A stretch of 64,000 nt of DNA from Nitrososphaera sp. (GTDB lineage: Archaea; Thermoproteota; Nitrososphaeria; Nitrososphaerales; Nitrososphaeraceae): NCBI GenBank assembly GCA_029263715.1, contig JAJUFP010000001.1, positions 162,837 through 226,836 on the forward strand. Reading direction: 5' to 3'. This document shows, one piece after another, positions 9,401 through 18,695 of the stretch (position 1 is the stretch's first letter; every line of letters begins with the position of its first letter). The translations under genes and the position numbers were made by a program. Under the pieces are notes generated by a model. It was given only the letters and a program-made list of their open reading frames with translations, had not been told where the DNA came from and did no database searches.

Positions 9401-10048
9401 TTATTCTGAATAAATCACACAAACATCCGAAAGAAATCCTCTGATGTCCATTACAAACGACCTGAATTGGCTTACCGGCACTATGGGCACGCCATCGATA
9501 AACTTGACAGCCTCGGCATGCAGCGTCATTATGGCAGGAATCGCGCGACCTATGTTGTTCCGCTTGGCAACTTCTTTGGTCCTTGATACCTGTTTTCTTG
9601 CATACAGGGAAAGCGAAGAAAGGTTGTTTCTCTTCCAGTGCTTGCAGTCAATTGCGATTGCAAGGCCGCTGTCAACACCCAGTACGTCTATCTCCATGCG
9701 GGGCTTGGTGAGCCTGACATTGGTCCTGGTCTTGTAACCAAACGACCTGAGGGTTTCTGAGGCCAGCCTTTCAAAATCCTGCCACCGGAGATGCTTTGAA
9801 ACCTGCTCAACGTCACAGCCATGCCTGATGCACAGCAGCGCTGCATCAAGTCTGTCTGCGCCGGAAAACTCTATGGACCTGCCAAGTTTGCCAATGCCCT
9901 GCGAATGCAAAAATTCCAGCACACCGTCTGCAACGGTCTTGCTTGCGATCCCAGAAATGGACTGGAATTCTTCTACAGTGGTAACACCATCATTTATTGC
10001 CGACAAGGCCCTTAGCAGCAGGTCCGGATTCATCGCCGATACTGGCAT
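9401..10048 (-). CDS. Winged-helix plus Mrr-like restriction-endonuclease (PD-(D/E)xK) domain protein
   Basis: 'WQDFERLASETL..FGY', 'EIDVLG...AIDCKHW'; start moved to the ATG at 10048. Confidence 0.8.
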   Translation of the reverse strand: MPVSAMNPDLLLRALSAINDGVTTVEEFQSISGIASKTVADGVLEFLHSQGIGKLGRSIEFSGADRLDAALLCIRHGCDVEQVSKHLRWQDFERLASETLRSFGYKTRTNVRLTKPRMEIDVLGVDSGLAIAIDCKHWKRNNLSSLSLYARKQVSRTKEVAKRNNIGRAIPAIMTLHAEAVKFIDGVPIVPVSQFRSFVMDIRGFLSDVCVIYSE

Positions 10049-10106
10049 GATTCGGTATTTAACTGCAGTACAAAAGAAAATAAGCTGGACCATCCGCATT
10101 AACTCT

Positions 10107-10457
10107 GTGCTTGACTGGAGGGATCTTGCGGCCTTGTTATGTATGGCACTTGTGGTCCTTGGGGCTGCCGCGCTTTCCATATCGGCCAATTCCTTTTCCA
10201 TAGTAAGGGGCAAGGTAATCGAAAAGGGGATCGGGATACTTGATTTTGATGGAAAACCCAGAATAACAAACACAATATCGGTGTTCATCCTAGACGACGA
10301 CCGGGTTTTTGACATAAAAAGGGGGACAGTGGTCCAATACCCTGTGTCTGAGTTTGACGCAGACTCTGTGGAGGTTGGCTCAGAAATAAGGCTGCTTGTA
10401 TCATTGCAGAGCGCTACTGTGAGGGTACTGGATCATCCGTTAGGCAGCTTTGTCTAG
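10107..10457 (+). CDS. Membrane-anchored hypothetical protein (OB-like beta domain)
   Basis: N-terminal hydrophobic helix then beta-rich segment; GTG start inferred. Confidence 0.65.
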   Translation: MLDWRDLAALLCMALVVLGAAALSISANSFSIVRGKVIEKGIGILDFDGKPRITNTISVFILDDDRVFDIKRGTVVQYPVSEFDADSVEVGSEIRLLVSLQSATVRVLDHPLGSFV

Positions 10458-11117
10458 AACTTTCTTTAAAAATGAGGATGTCCGCCTGGCCGTTATCATT
10501 TCATCGGGCATGGCTGCAAGTTGGCGCACATCATCCGGCTTGTCTATGTCAAACATCAGTTTCTGCGATTCAAAAACTCTTGCTTGGACTCCAAGCTCGG
10601 CGGCAGCCTTGACGTGCATGTTGTAGCTGTTGTTGTCATAGTGGATCTTGATTACTGTCGGAGGCTTGCGAAGAAGTATGTTGGTCCCATCGTACCTAGT
10701 TGACGGGCAGATGACTATGCATCTTGAGTCCTGTCCTGCCGCCCCGCAGATTCTGTCGATCTCGCTTGCATCCAGCAGCGGCAGATCCTGCGGAATTACT
10801 ACAGTCGCATCTGCTTTCGCATCAGTACTGTACCTGTCTGCACGCATGACAGCAGAATTCACGCCGCTATCCTTTTCTTCACAGATGAATCCAGCGCCAT
10901 ACTCTTCTGCAATTTTCTTGGCGCGGATGTCGCTGGAGACCACCAGAATCTGATCAAGATGTTTGGAATTGGCAAGAGTGGCAAGGGTGTCCTGCAGCAT
11001 TAGTCCTGAAAGGGCGACGCGTTCGTCTGCGGTAAGGATCGGAGAAAGCCGGGTCTTGGAATTTTCAAATTTTTTAACGGGTATTATAGCAAACGTCTTC
11101 AATTCAGAGACTTCCAA
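10440..11117 (-). CDS. cofC: 2-phospho-L-lactate/PEP guanylyltransferase (F420 biosynthesis)
   Basis: 'IIPVK....KTRLSPIL', 'QDLPLL', 'DGTNILL', 'FDIDKPDD'. Confidence 0.94.
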   Translation of the reverse strand: MEVSELKTFAIIPVKKFENSKTRLSPILTADERVALSGLMLQDTLATLANSKHLDQILVVSSDIRAKKIAEEYGAGFICEEKDSGVNSAVMRADRYSTDAKADATVVIPQDLPLLDASEIDRICGAAGQDSRCIVICPSTRYDGTNILLRKPPTVIKIHYDNNSYNMHVKAAAELGVQARVFESQKLMFDIDKPDDVRQLAAMPDEMITARRTSSFLKKVLDKAA

Positions 11118-12033
11118 TATTCAGGAGGTACTGGCCGAGCCTGACTTCGTCTTGTCTGTCTGACATGGTTATGTTTGTTTCGTACACCTGCATGCCAAGC
11201 TCCCGTATCTGACCGGCCATTTCATGATCCGTCTCAGATATAACCATCGAGCCTACAAAATCGCGGTAGAATTCTGCCACGCCGACCGGCGAGCTTCTCA
11301 AACCTGCTGCCTTCATGTACTTTACGGCCGGCCCGCTGACTGCAGACTGGCCTATAAGGGGGGAGACTGCCACCACCCTGCTTCTGACCTTTGACAGCTC
11401 TTTTCTTATTCCGTCAAGTGCAACGATGGGTCCTATACTGGAGACTGGATTGGCCGGGGCGATTATTATTTTGTCGGCCTTTCTGATGGCATCTATGGCC
11501 TCCGTGCTGGGTTCTGCCTCTTTCGCACCTTTGTAACGTACTGCAGTTACTGAAGGTAATCCTTTCTCTTTGACCCAGAATTCCTGAAGGTGCATCTCGC
11601 CTTTGTCTGTCTGGATCCTTGTCTCAACCTGATTGTTTGTGGCAGGGATTATCCTTGGTCTTACCGCAAGTTTTTCCCTCATCCAATCGGTGATCTCGAC
11701 AAGACTCTTGCCGCTTTGCATCATACTGGTTCTAACGACGTGCGTAGCTAGATCCCTGTCGCCAAGACTGAACCATGAAGACTGGCCCATTTTGGCAAGC
11801 TGATCCAAGAAGAAGAAGGTATCATCCTTTACTCCCCAGCCTCTCTTTTCGTCTAGGATGCCTGCAAGCCCGTAGGTAACAGTATCGATGTCCGGACAGA
11901 TGTACAGTCCATAAAACCAGATGTTGTCGCCCACGTTGGATATCACCGACAGGTCGTCGGTTATTTTGGCCAGGCCTCTGACCAGTTTTACAGAGCCAGT
12001 CCCGCCAGCAAGTATTACGATCAAACGGTTCAA
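11104..12033 (-). CDS. cofD: 2-phospho-L-lactate transferase (F420 biosynthesis)
   Basis: 'LAGGTGSVKL', 'NVGDN...GL.ICPDIDTV.Y', 'LGDRDLATH', 'PANPVSSIGPI'. Confidence 0.96.
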   Translation of the reverse strand: MNRLIVILAGGTGSVKLVRGLAKITDDLSVISNVGDNIWFYGLYICPDIDTVTYGLAGILDEKRGWGVKDDTFFFLDQLAKMGQSSWFSLGDRDLATHVVRTSMMQSGKSLVEITDWMREKLAVRPRIIPATNNQVETRIQTDKGEMHLQEFWVKEKGLPSVTAVRYKGAKEAEPSTEAIDAIRKADKIIIAPANPVSSIGPIVALDGIRKELSKVRSRVVAVSPLIGQSAVSGPAVKYMKAAGLRSSPVGVAEFYRDFVGSMVISETDHEMAGQIRELGMQVYETNITMSDRQDEVRLGQYLLNIGSL

Positions 12034-12127
12034 AAGATACTTATTTTGCTATATTTGTCTAGCGTAAAGAAATTCGTTCAATATCGGGACAACAAAGATT
12101 ATAAAGAGCAGAGGCAAAATTCCCCTC

Positions 12128-13186
12128 GTGAAGTATTTACCGACTGCAGTAGCCATAACTTTTGCCGCGCTTTTGACATTCAGTTTCGTTCCAAGAGCGT
12201 TCGCTAACGACATGAACGCAGTTCTGATCCCACAGCGTAACATCGCAGAAGGTCATTACATTGCATTCTATAATCTGGAGATTCGTTACCCTGAAGGCAG
12301 CACTTTGGCCCAAGAATTTAACGGCAAGAATGAAAGATACCAGTTTACCCTCACCGGTGATCCCAGCAGCACCGATAATGGCGTAGCAAGCGCCATAGTA
12401 GCCTTTAACAAGGCAATGATAGACAAAAATAGTCCTGTTCACGTTACAAAGATGGATATTTCTTACACCGCTACAATAAAGGGCGAAGCGACCAGTACTC
12501 TGATATCGTACAAGATTGAGACTAAACCATTCCTTGAAAACTTTGTCATAGAAAAAGGTACTGAGGGAGGTAGGGCTGCCGACATTGTAGACCTGGAATG
12601 GAGATCCATTGTGGTGACCGAACCGATCACCCTGAGATCGCCGGATCTGGGTATGATCGAGGTCAACAAGCCGATTAATCTGATAAAGGCAACACATCCT
12701 GCAGTGGCCGACAAGATCGACAGCTCTGGAGCTAACGTGATTTTTGATGAGCCGATCCTGAACTTCAATGCATTCAACCTGCCAATGGAAAGATGGCACT
12801 TCCTATTTGATCCGTCTGGAAGTCTGGTAGAAACCTCGTCATTCTTTAGAGAGGAAAGTGGAGCCAAAGTCACTTCCATCTACTCTCTGGGTGAGAGCAG
12901 CTTCAGGGAAGGCACGTTTGAAGCAGAAGAAAAAGACGTCAAGGCAAACATTGATGGTCAGGAAATCCTCTTCCACTCTCAGGTCCCGGCTCCAAGCGGT
13001 CAGATACAGGTTGCGGGATTCTCAGTTATCCAGACGTCTGAAAGCGGTGAATTCGCGATGGTAACAGTAGAAGCTCCAGAAGGAGCTCAGGCAGCCACAG
13101 GCGGATTTCCGATACAGGTGCTTCTGGTTCTGGGCGGAATGATGGGCGCAATCGCCATATTCATCCTGTTCAAAGCACGAAAGTAG
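12128..13186 (+). CDS. Exported protein with C-terminal membrane anchor
   Basis: Signal peptide; C-terminal TM helix followed by 'KARK'. Confidence 0.85.
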   Translation: MKYLPTAVAITFAALLTFSFVPRAFANDMNAVLIPQRNIAEGHYIAFYNLEIRYPEGSTLAQEFNGKNERYQFTLTGDPSSTDNGVASAIVAFNKAMIDKNSPVHVTKMDISYTATIKGEATSTLISYKIETKPFLENFVIEKGTEGGRAADIVDLEWRSIVVTEPITLRSPDLGMIEVNKPINLIKATHPAVADKIDSSGANVIFDEPILNFNAFNLPMERWHFLFDPSGSLVETSSFFREESGAKVTSIYSLGESSFREGTFEAEEKDVKANIDGQEILFHSQVPAPSGQIQVAGFSVIQTSESGEFAMVTVEAPEGAQAATGGFPIQVLLVLGGMMGAIAIFILFKARK

Positions 13187-13277
13187 GGGCTTTCCCCTCA
13201 CTCAATTTTATTTTACTTTATTGTGCACAAGTTGCAGATCGATAATTCTATTATTAGAAAAATGCAATATTCCTTTG

Positions 13278-13430
13278 ATGAGGTCTGAAGAGTCAAAGTG
13301 CACGCTAGATGAGCAGATTCTCGAACTTTATGACTGCGGGATGTCGATTCAAACCATCTCACAGCGCCTTGATGCCGCGCCGGAATACATCGAACATGTG
13401 TTAAAGAACATAACCCTGGAGACCGTCTAG
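13278..13430 (+). CDS. Small helix-turn-helix-like protein
   Basis: 'QILELYDCGMSIQTISQRLDAAPEYIEHVLK' resembles a resolvase-type HTH. Confidence 0.55.
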   Translation: MRSEESKCTLDEQILELYDCGMSIQTISQRLDAAPEYIEHVLKNITLETV

Positions 13431-13987
13431 CTGCGTCTTGTCAGCTTTGATCTCTTTTCTTCGTCTTCGTCTCTCAGGTAAAGGCCTGCATCGCTGATTG
13501 TCGTAACAGTGATCCTGCCCTTTTGAAACAAAAGCCGCCCTGCAAACCTTGTCCTTCCAACGCCTATCACTTCGCCACGCATGTTTAGGATGGCCACAAA
13601 CGAATTCTCTGTAAGGGCTTCCGGCGCTTCAATTATCGAGTCGCCCATTACGTCTCTGCCATACAGCACCAGGTTTTCTGCATTCTCGTTGATCTTGATG
13701 TAGTGCTGGCTCTTTGCGCCAGCCCTGAAAAATAGATCCATGCCTTGAAGGGTGGGAGTGAACTGCTTGGTTATCTCGCCTATCACAAGACCCGATAGAC
13801 AAGGCTTATTCTGTAAAACTATCGACTCCATTTCTGGGCTGACGAGGCAGAGCTTTTTTGACACGCCCTCCTGCCTGATTAGAAAAACACTGTCTTTTAG
13901 AGCATCAAATACACCCCATTTGTCCAGTGAACGGTTCACAATGGTTCTCTCTTCCCTAGTCATACTCCGGTGGGATACAGAATTCAA
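13427..13987 (-). CDS. NIP7-like PUA-domain ribosome biogenesis protein
   Basis: 'ENLVLYGRDVMGDSI', 'GEVIGVG', 'DAGLYLR'; coupled to the m5C methyltransferase. Confidence 0.85.
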   Translation of the reverse strand: MNSVSHRSMTREERTIVNRSLDKWGVFDALKDSVFLIRQEGVSKKLCLVSPEMESIVLQNKPCLSGLVIGEITKQFTPTLQGMDLFFRAGAKSQHYIKINENAENLVLYGRDVMGDSIIEAPEALTENSFVAILNMRGEVIGVGRTRFAGRLLFQKGRITVTTISDAGLYLRDEDEEKRSKLTRRS

Positions 13988-14943
13988 TTCCTAATCCTCA
14001 ACCTGGCCACAAAAAAGCCCGTCGTGTCATGGACGTGGGGATAGAACCTGCGCGTGTTGCTCAAACTTGGATCAAACTCTGTACCGCCAAACATAGTCAG
14101 GCCTTCATTCCCATGTTTCATGGGCTCTAAAGTCAAGTTGTCGAACATGCGTATTATCTTGTCTATTGTCATCTCATTTTCTTCGGGAGCAAAGGAGCAT
14201 GTCGAGTAAACGATCAAGCCTCCAGGCTTTGCGACCTTGATGGCAGATTCAATGAGCCTTGCTTGCCTCTGGGAGCAGTAATCGATATCCTCCGGCCTGT
14301 GGTCGGTCTTTCTTGTGGGATCCTTTGCTATGACGCCTTCGCAGCTGCAGGGGGCATCAAGGAGGACCCTGTCAAACTTGATACCAAGGCTTTCAGACAT
14401 GCCGCCGTCCATGGCGCAGACAGAGGTATTGTAAACTCCAAGCCTGTTCAAGTTGAAAGTCAAAGACTTGATCCGCCTTTCGCTGGGCTCAAGAGCCATG
14501 ATTGCCCCTGTGTTTTTCATTCGCTGGGCCATAAAGCTGGTCTTGCCCCCCGGTGCAGCTGCCATGTCAAGCACCAACTGTCCTTCGCCGACATCAAGGG
14601 CTTCTACTGCCATGCACGAGCCGAGGTCCTGTATGTAATAGTGGCCCAGCAAATACTCGTTTGTGGCACCCAACGGAAGCGGCGATTCTTTGACGGCAAG
14701 CACTTCTGGAATCACCGTTTCCTGCAGCCTGAAACCTTTTAGACGGAGCCTATCGGCGAGGGCCTCCTTGCTCGTCTTCAGTGTGTTTACCCTGATATAC
14801 CGGGTGGGCGGACTCTCCATCTTGCCAAGAAATCCTTCCACGTCTGGCACATATTCTAGGAATCTGCTTACCAGCCATGAATCGTAGCCGTATTTCTTGG
14901 CCAGCGAAACTGACCTGGAAGATTCGGGGAATATTCTCGCCAA
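13984..14943 (-). CDS. NOL1/NOP2/Sun RNA cytosine-C5 methyltransferase
   Basis: 'IRVNTLK', 'LDMAAAPGGKT', 'DRVLLDAPCSCEG', 'YSTCSFAPEENE'. Confidence 0.96.
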   Translation of the reverse strand: MARIFPESSRSVSLAKKYGYDSWLVSRFLEYVPDVEGFLGKMESPPTRYIRVNTLKTSKEALADRLRLKGFRLQETVIPEVLAVKESPLPLGATNEYLLGHYYIQDLGSCMAVEALDVGEGQLVLDMAAAPGGKTSFMAQRMKNTGAIMALEPSERRIKSLTFNLNRLGVYNTSVCAMDGGMSESLGIKFDRVLLDAPCSCEGVIAKDPTRKTDHRPEDIDYCSQRQARLIESAIKVAKPGGLIVYSTCSFAPEENEMTIDKIIRMFDNLTLEPMKHGNEGLTMFGGTEFDPSLSNTRRFYPHVHDTTGFFVARLRIRN

Positions 14944-14976
14944 GCAGTGTTGATACAGGGATTTTCAGGATTTATA

Positions 14977-15357
14977 CTATCTTCCGGCACCAGGAAGGCC
15001 CAGAACCTTGACGGGGGTTCTGTAATCCGTAACTACGTCTATACCTTGGTCGGCGGTTACCCTGACCGTGGTGGTTTCGGTTTCTGGCTCTGGATAAAAG
15101 TAATACGACTGTCCTGCCTTGAGGGAGTCCTTTGTCTGCACGTCTTTGCCGCCCAAGTCCACAACGATGTTGGTTATCTCTTCAGTTCCGACGTTGGTTA
15201 CCCTTATCCTGTAAAGGGTGCCAGAAATGTCGGTGGTATCCCTCGTTGCATCCACTTCAAGGGCATACTGCGGCCGATTCAAAGTCGAGTATGCAAAATA
15301 CCCGCCGGCCAGCGCGGCCACGGTAGCTATGGCCGCGACGAGAATTTTCCTTTCCAT
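14977..15357 (-). CDS. Small membrane-anchored/exported Ig-like protein
   Basis: N-terminal hydrophobic helix; beta-rich body. Confidence 0.8.
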   Translation of the reverse strand: MERKILVAAIATVAALAGGYFAYSTLNRPQYALEVDATRDTTDISGTLYRIRVTNVGTEEITNIVVDLGGKDVQTKDSLKAGQSYYFYPEPETETTTVRVTADQGIDVVTDYRTPVKVLGLPGAGR

Positions 15358-15393
15358 CTGTCCGGAAATTTGAACAAAGATTGTAATAAAGAT

Positions 15394-15555
15394 CTACTTA
15401 TCTTCGTTCATAAAGTTCTGGCTTTTTATATAGCGGAACAACGATTCATAATTATCTTCCAGCTTGTAGTAGCGTATCATGCTTTCTATCTTTTCATCAT
15501 CGTACAGGTGGTTCTGCTTTTTTTGTTTGGAAGAATCTTTGTTCTGCTTTGCCAC
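15394..15555 (-). CDS. Small hypothetical protein (53 aa)
   Basis: GTG...TAG frame VAKQNKDSSKQKKQNHLYDDEKIESMIRYYKLEDNYESLFRYIKSQNFMNEDK; below the ORF-track cutoff. Confidence 0.45.
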   Translation of the reverse strand: MAKQNKDSSKQKKQNHLYDDEKIESMIRYYKLEDNYESLFRYIKSQNFMNEDK

Positions 15556-15658
15556 TAAATTTTGTGGGGTTTTCTAGTTGATAAACTTTTTTGAAAATCG
15601 ACTTGCCCAATCCGATAAATAACCCCGCTCGTTATACTTTGGATGCAAATCCTGATGA

Positions 15659-16534
15659 ATGATGCCTAAAGTCTTGGATTCCCAATCCTTGGAAATTGAA
15701 GCCAGCCCCTTTGTCAAGTGGGCCGGAGGCAAGACTCAGCTTTTATCGGAATTGGAGCGGCACATGCCCAGCTTTGAAAAGTATTTCGAGCCCTTTCTGG
15801 GAGGAGGGGCGCTATTCTTTCGGATAATTTCAAAGACAAAACTGACTGCCTGCGTCTCTGATGCAAACGCCGACCTGATCAATGCCTACAAGGTTGTAAG
15901 AGACGACGTGGAGGGGCTGATAAGTTTGCTTCAAAGATACGAACAAAGTTACAGAAAAGATCCACATCATTTCTACTACCGCCTGCGCTCAAAGACTGAC
16001 ATCAAAGACGCGGTTGAAAATGCCGCTCGATTCATTGCGCTTAACAAGACCTGTTACAACGGGCTTTACCGCGTCAACAGCAAGGGCGTGTTCAACGTCC
16101 CAATGGGGAGGTACAAGAACCCAAAGATATGCGACAGCCACCAGCTGAGAAAGGCCAGCACCGCGCTTGGGCGCTCCAAGACCAAGATGCTTGTCGGAGA
16201 CTACAAGGACGTTCTGAAAGACGCTAAAAGCGGCGACTTTGTTTACTTGGATCCGCCCTTCAGCCCGCTTAGCCTGACTGCGGATTTTACCCAGTACACC
16301 AACAATGGCTTTGACCAGCAGGACCAAGTGGAGCTGGCTAAGGTATTCCGAGAGCTTGACAGGAAGGGCTGCAAGGTGCTTTTGAGCAATTCCGACACGG
16401 AATTTACAAGGAATCTGTATTCCGGCTTCCCGTTCAAGTCCATCCCAGTCCAAAGGGCTATAAGTTGCAAGGGCAATGCCCGCACAGGATACCGCGAGCT
16501 TTTGGTTAGGAACTATGAAGTGCGCAGGCCATAA
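15659..16534 (+). CDS. Dam-type (D12 class) N6-adenine DNA methyltransferase
   Basis: 'PFVKWAGGK', 'EPFLGGGA', 'YNGLYRVN..G.FNVP.G', 'FVYLDPPF'. Confidence 0.95.
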   Translation: MMPKVLDSQSLEIEASPFVKWAGGKTQLLSELERHMPSFEKYFEPFLGGGALFFRIISKTKLTACVSDANADLINAYKVVRDDVEGLISLLQRYEQSYRKDPHHFYYRLRSKTDIKDAVENAARFIALNKTCYNGLYRVNSKGVFNVPMGRYKNPKICDSHQLRKASTALGRSKTKMLVGDYKDVLKDAKSGDFVYLDPPFSPLSLTADFTQYTNNGFDQQDQVELAKVFRELDRKGCKVLLSNSDTEFTRNLYSGFPFKSIPVQRAISCKGNARTGYRELLVRNYEVRRP

Positions 16535-16546
16535 CCCTGCTTGCAA

Positions 16547-16873
16547 CTAACAAACTTCTTCAACGTAATGCCATGTTATCAGGACGGACTCTTGACGCAG
16601 CTCGCTTTTTATTTTTTCTTTGAACTTTTGCAAATCAGCTTCAAAAGATCTATCGTGCTCAGTAATTATGGAAAGCACATAACTCTCAGTGATCTCGTCT
16701 TTACCTGACTTGCTGCGGTAATAGCCTATGCCTGTTAACTTTGTAGCACCCTGGTACTTGGGCCAGATCTGATCTATTATGCTGTTTACCTTCTCTGGGT
16801 CTATATTCTCGCCACCCTTTGTTTTTGTAGGTATGTAGAAATCAATCTTTATCGTTCGAGGGCGGTCAGTCAT
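16547..16873 (-). CDS. DUF3574-like / PII-like small protein, paralog A
   Basis: 'YIPT', 'GAT..TGIGYY', 'E.S.VLSI', 'KSELRQESVL' pattern. Confidence 0.75.
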   Translation of the reverse strand: MTDRPRTIKIDFYIPTKTKGGENIDPEKVNSIIDQIWPKYQGATKLTGIGYYRSKSGKDEITESYVLSIITEHDRSFEADLQKFKEKIKSELRQESVLITWHYVEEVC

Positions 16874-17227
16874 GCACTAGTGTTCTGCCATAGCGGTAAC
16901 AAGTCTATAAAGCTACAGAGCATTTATGCTTGTTTTTTCCCTAGCGCAGAGGTCGAATTACATGCAAAATTCACGTTTGGGTTTTTTGGCCTGTGTGGTT
17001 GTATTGCGAAATACCACATAACATGTTGCAAAGTGCATTGCTGGCTCTTGGTGGTGCTCAACAGGCGAAGCTGTTAACAAAAAATCGGATTTTAGATACA
17101 TTGAAAAAAATGACGATGCCGCAGAGATTGAGGTGGTGGCAGACTAAACGACAGCTTTATTCGTAATGGAGAAACAGGATTGGGCGCAAATAATTTAATA
17201 CACAGCCTTCGCGCAACAGAACATGGT

Positions 17228-17560
17228 ATGACCTCGCGCCATATGGTTGAATTCACCTGTTACATACCTACGAGAACACGGTCAGGCACAAAGATCGATG
17301 ATCAAAAAGTTCAAGATATGATAAACAAAATTTGGCCTAAATACAGAGGTGCGACGGTGCTAAATGGCACAGGTTATTACAGGCCGACCAATGGTGATGA
17401 TGAAGTCGCCGAATGTCATGTCCTATCTATTGTCACAGAACTAACTAGATCAATTAAGAAGAATGGCGAAGGCGAACTGGCGAAGCTCAAAGAGGAAATA
17501 AAGAATGAACTCGATCAAGAAGAGGTACTAATTAGATGGCAAAGTGTAAATGTAGTGTAA
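17228..17560 (+). CDS. DUF3574-like / PII-like small protein, paralog B
   Basis: About 50% identical by manual alignment to 16547-16873 (IWPKY.GAT.L.G.GYYR; ELDQEEVL). Confidence 0.75.
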   Translation: MTSRHMVEFTCYIPTRTRSGTKIDDQKVQDMINKIWPKYRGATVLNGTGYYRPTNGDDEVAECHVLSIVTELTRSIKKNGEGELAKLKEEIKNELDQEEVLIRWQSVNVV

Positions 17561-17589
17561 TAGCTTTTCATCGGCGCAATTTTGGCATA

Positions 17590-18507
17590 TTATAATCTTG
17601 CCAGCAGCATGGTTTTTGCACAATCTCGAACTTTTACATTCATTTGCGGCAATTGGTCACGACCTTTAAGAAAAGCATCAACGTGTTCAGTCTTGAAATC
17701 GACGTGCTTGGACCTATTATACAACTCTCGCCACAACTTCACATCACTTTCATCTGCACCAGTTAATGCGCTGATTTTCTTGTCTAAATCTGTGCCGCCA
17801 TCTTTACTGCCATCATAATTTGCGGCCAATTCTACTGCGTTGTAAAGGTGCTTGAAAATCATTAACCTGTCAAGACTGTTCATGGCGTTTTCAAATTCTT
17901 TTAATGCTTTAGCTGTATTCGCCGCTACAATCGTAGAGGTTGACGTAATTTTGAACCTATCAGAATTTTGCAAGTTGCGAAATATTGCAATTACCTTCTG
18001 TTCGTCGAGGTCTTCTTTCATACCAAAGCCAATGCTGACATAATCTGTAAACAGAATAGTGTCTTGCACCTCGATTGTAAAATGATTGCCATTTTGCTTA
18101 ACAGCCGCTGGTTTCTGTGGTAATGGTTTGTATTTTACATTATTCTGACCAAAATCTATCTTTGTTGGCAATACACACGTATGTGTCAATGACAAGTTCA
18201 TTGCTAGAACTAGATTTGTCATACCATTTTCTATTTCGTGATCGCCACTGTTTGAAAAACCCAATTGCAGCGGATTTTCTATTTCTAGTATGTACTCTGT
18301 CTGATACCCGCCGCCATATTTTGTCAATTGGAATGCGTCGGTTGAATTAACTTGATTCAGCGTAATAGAACAAGTCAGGTCTTTGTGTGGCGGGTTGTCT
18401 ATACTATGTAAGAATATGGCCCGTTCTAATGTAAAATCGTATACCATATCGAAATTCTCACTAAGGTATCTAATTAAGCCAGCGTCAATTTCAGAACATC
18501 TTAACAT
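17590..18507 (-). CDS. ApeA/MauJ-like protein with C-terminal HEPN-like domain
   Basis: 'FKHLYNAVELA' followed by 'RELYNRSKH' near the C-terminus; AT-rich. Confidence 0.6.
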   Translation of the reverse strand: MLRCSEIDAGLIRYLSENFDMVYDFTLERAIFLHSIDNPPHKDLTCSITLNQVNSTDAFQLTKYGGGYQTEYILEIENPLQLGFSNSGDHEIENGMTNLVLAMNLSLTHTCVLPTKIDFGQNNVKYKPLPQKPAAVKQNGNHFTIEVQDTILFTDYVSIGFGMKEDLDEQKVIAIFRNLQNSDRFKITSTSTIVAANTAKALKEFENAMNSLDRLMIFKHLYNAVELAANYDGSKDGGTDLDKKISALTGADESDVKLWRELYNRSKHVDFKTEHVDAFLKGRDQLPQMNVKVRDCAKTMLLARL

Positions 18508-18695
18508 CGTAGCAGCTTTATCGAACTAATGCATTTTTGTGTATAAGATGGGCTGTACATGTAGCAGCTTGTCTGATTGAATAAACTCCTCGCAAAAAGT
18601 CGCACCAGACTGACATCACAGGCATTGAATTACATATAAAAACCATGTTTCTGCTTGGCTTTTGATCGAAATAACCTGCGCATCTCCATATTATT

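Noticed and set aside
9828-10106. N-terminal extensions of ORFs 9401-10315 (-) and 9828-10457 (+)
   Set aside because: They overlap each other antisense; real starts are more plausibly 10048 (-) and ~10107 (+).
10440-12033. cofC/cofD as an unusual methanogen-like pathway
   Set aside because: F420 biosynthesis genes are established core genes of Thaumarchaeota.
14947-15558. 203-aa plus-strand ORF and similar long antisense ORFs (6657-7289, 12137-12799, 52112-52948, 53433-54002)
   Set aside because: Shadow frames opposite well-supported genes.
15360-15660. Duplicated rnpB 3' end (att site) at the left edge of the Dam/HEPN islet
   Set aside because: No copy of gcgtgccagctgtaac was found, so integration at rnpB stays unproven.
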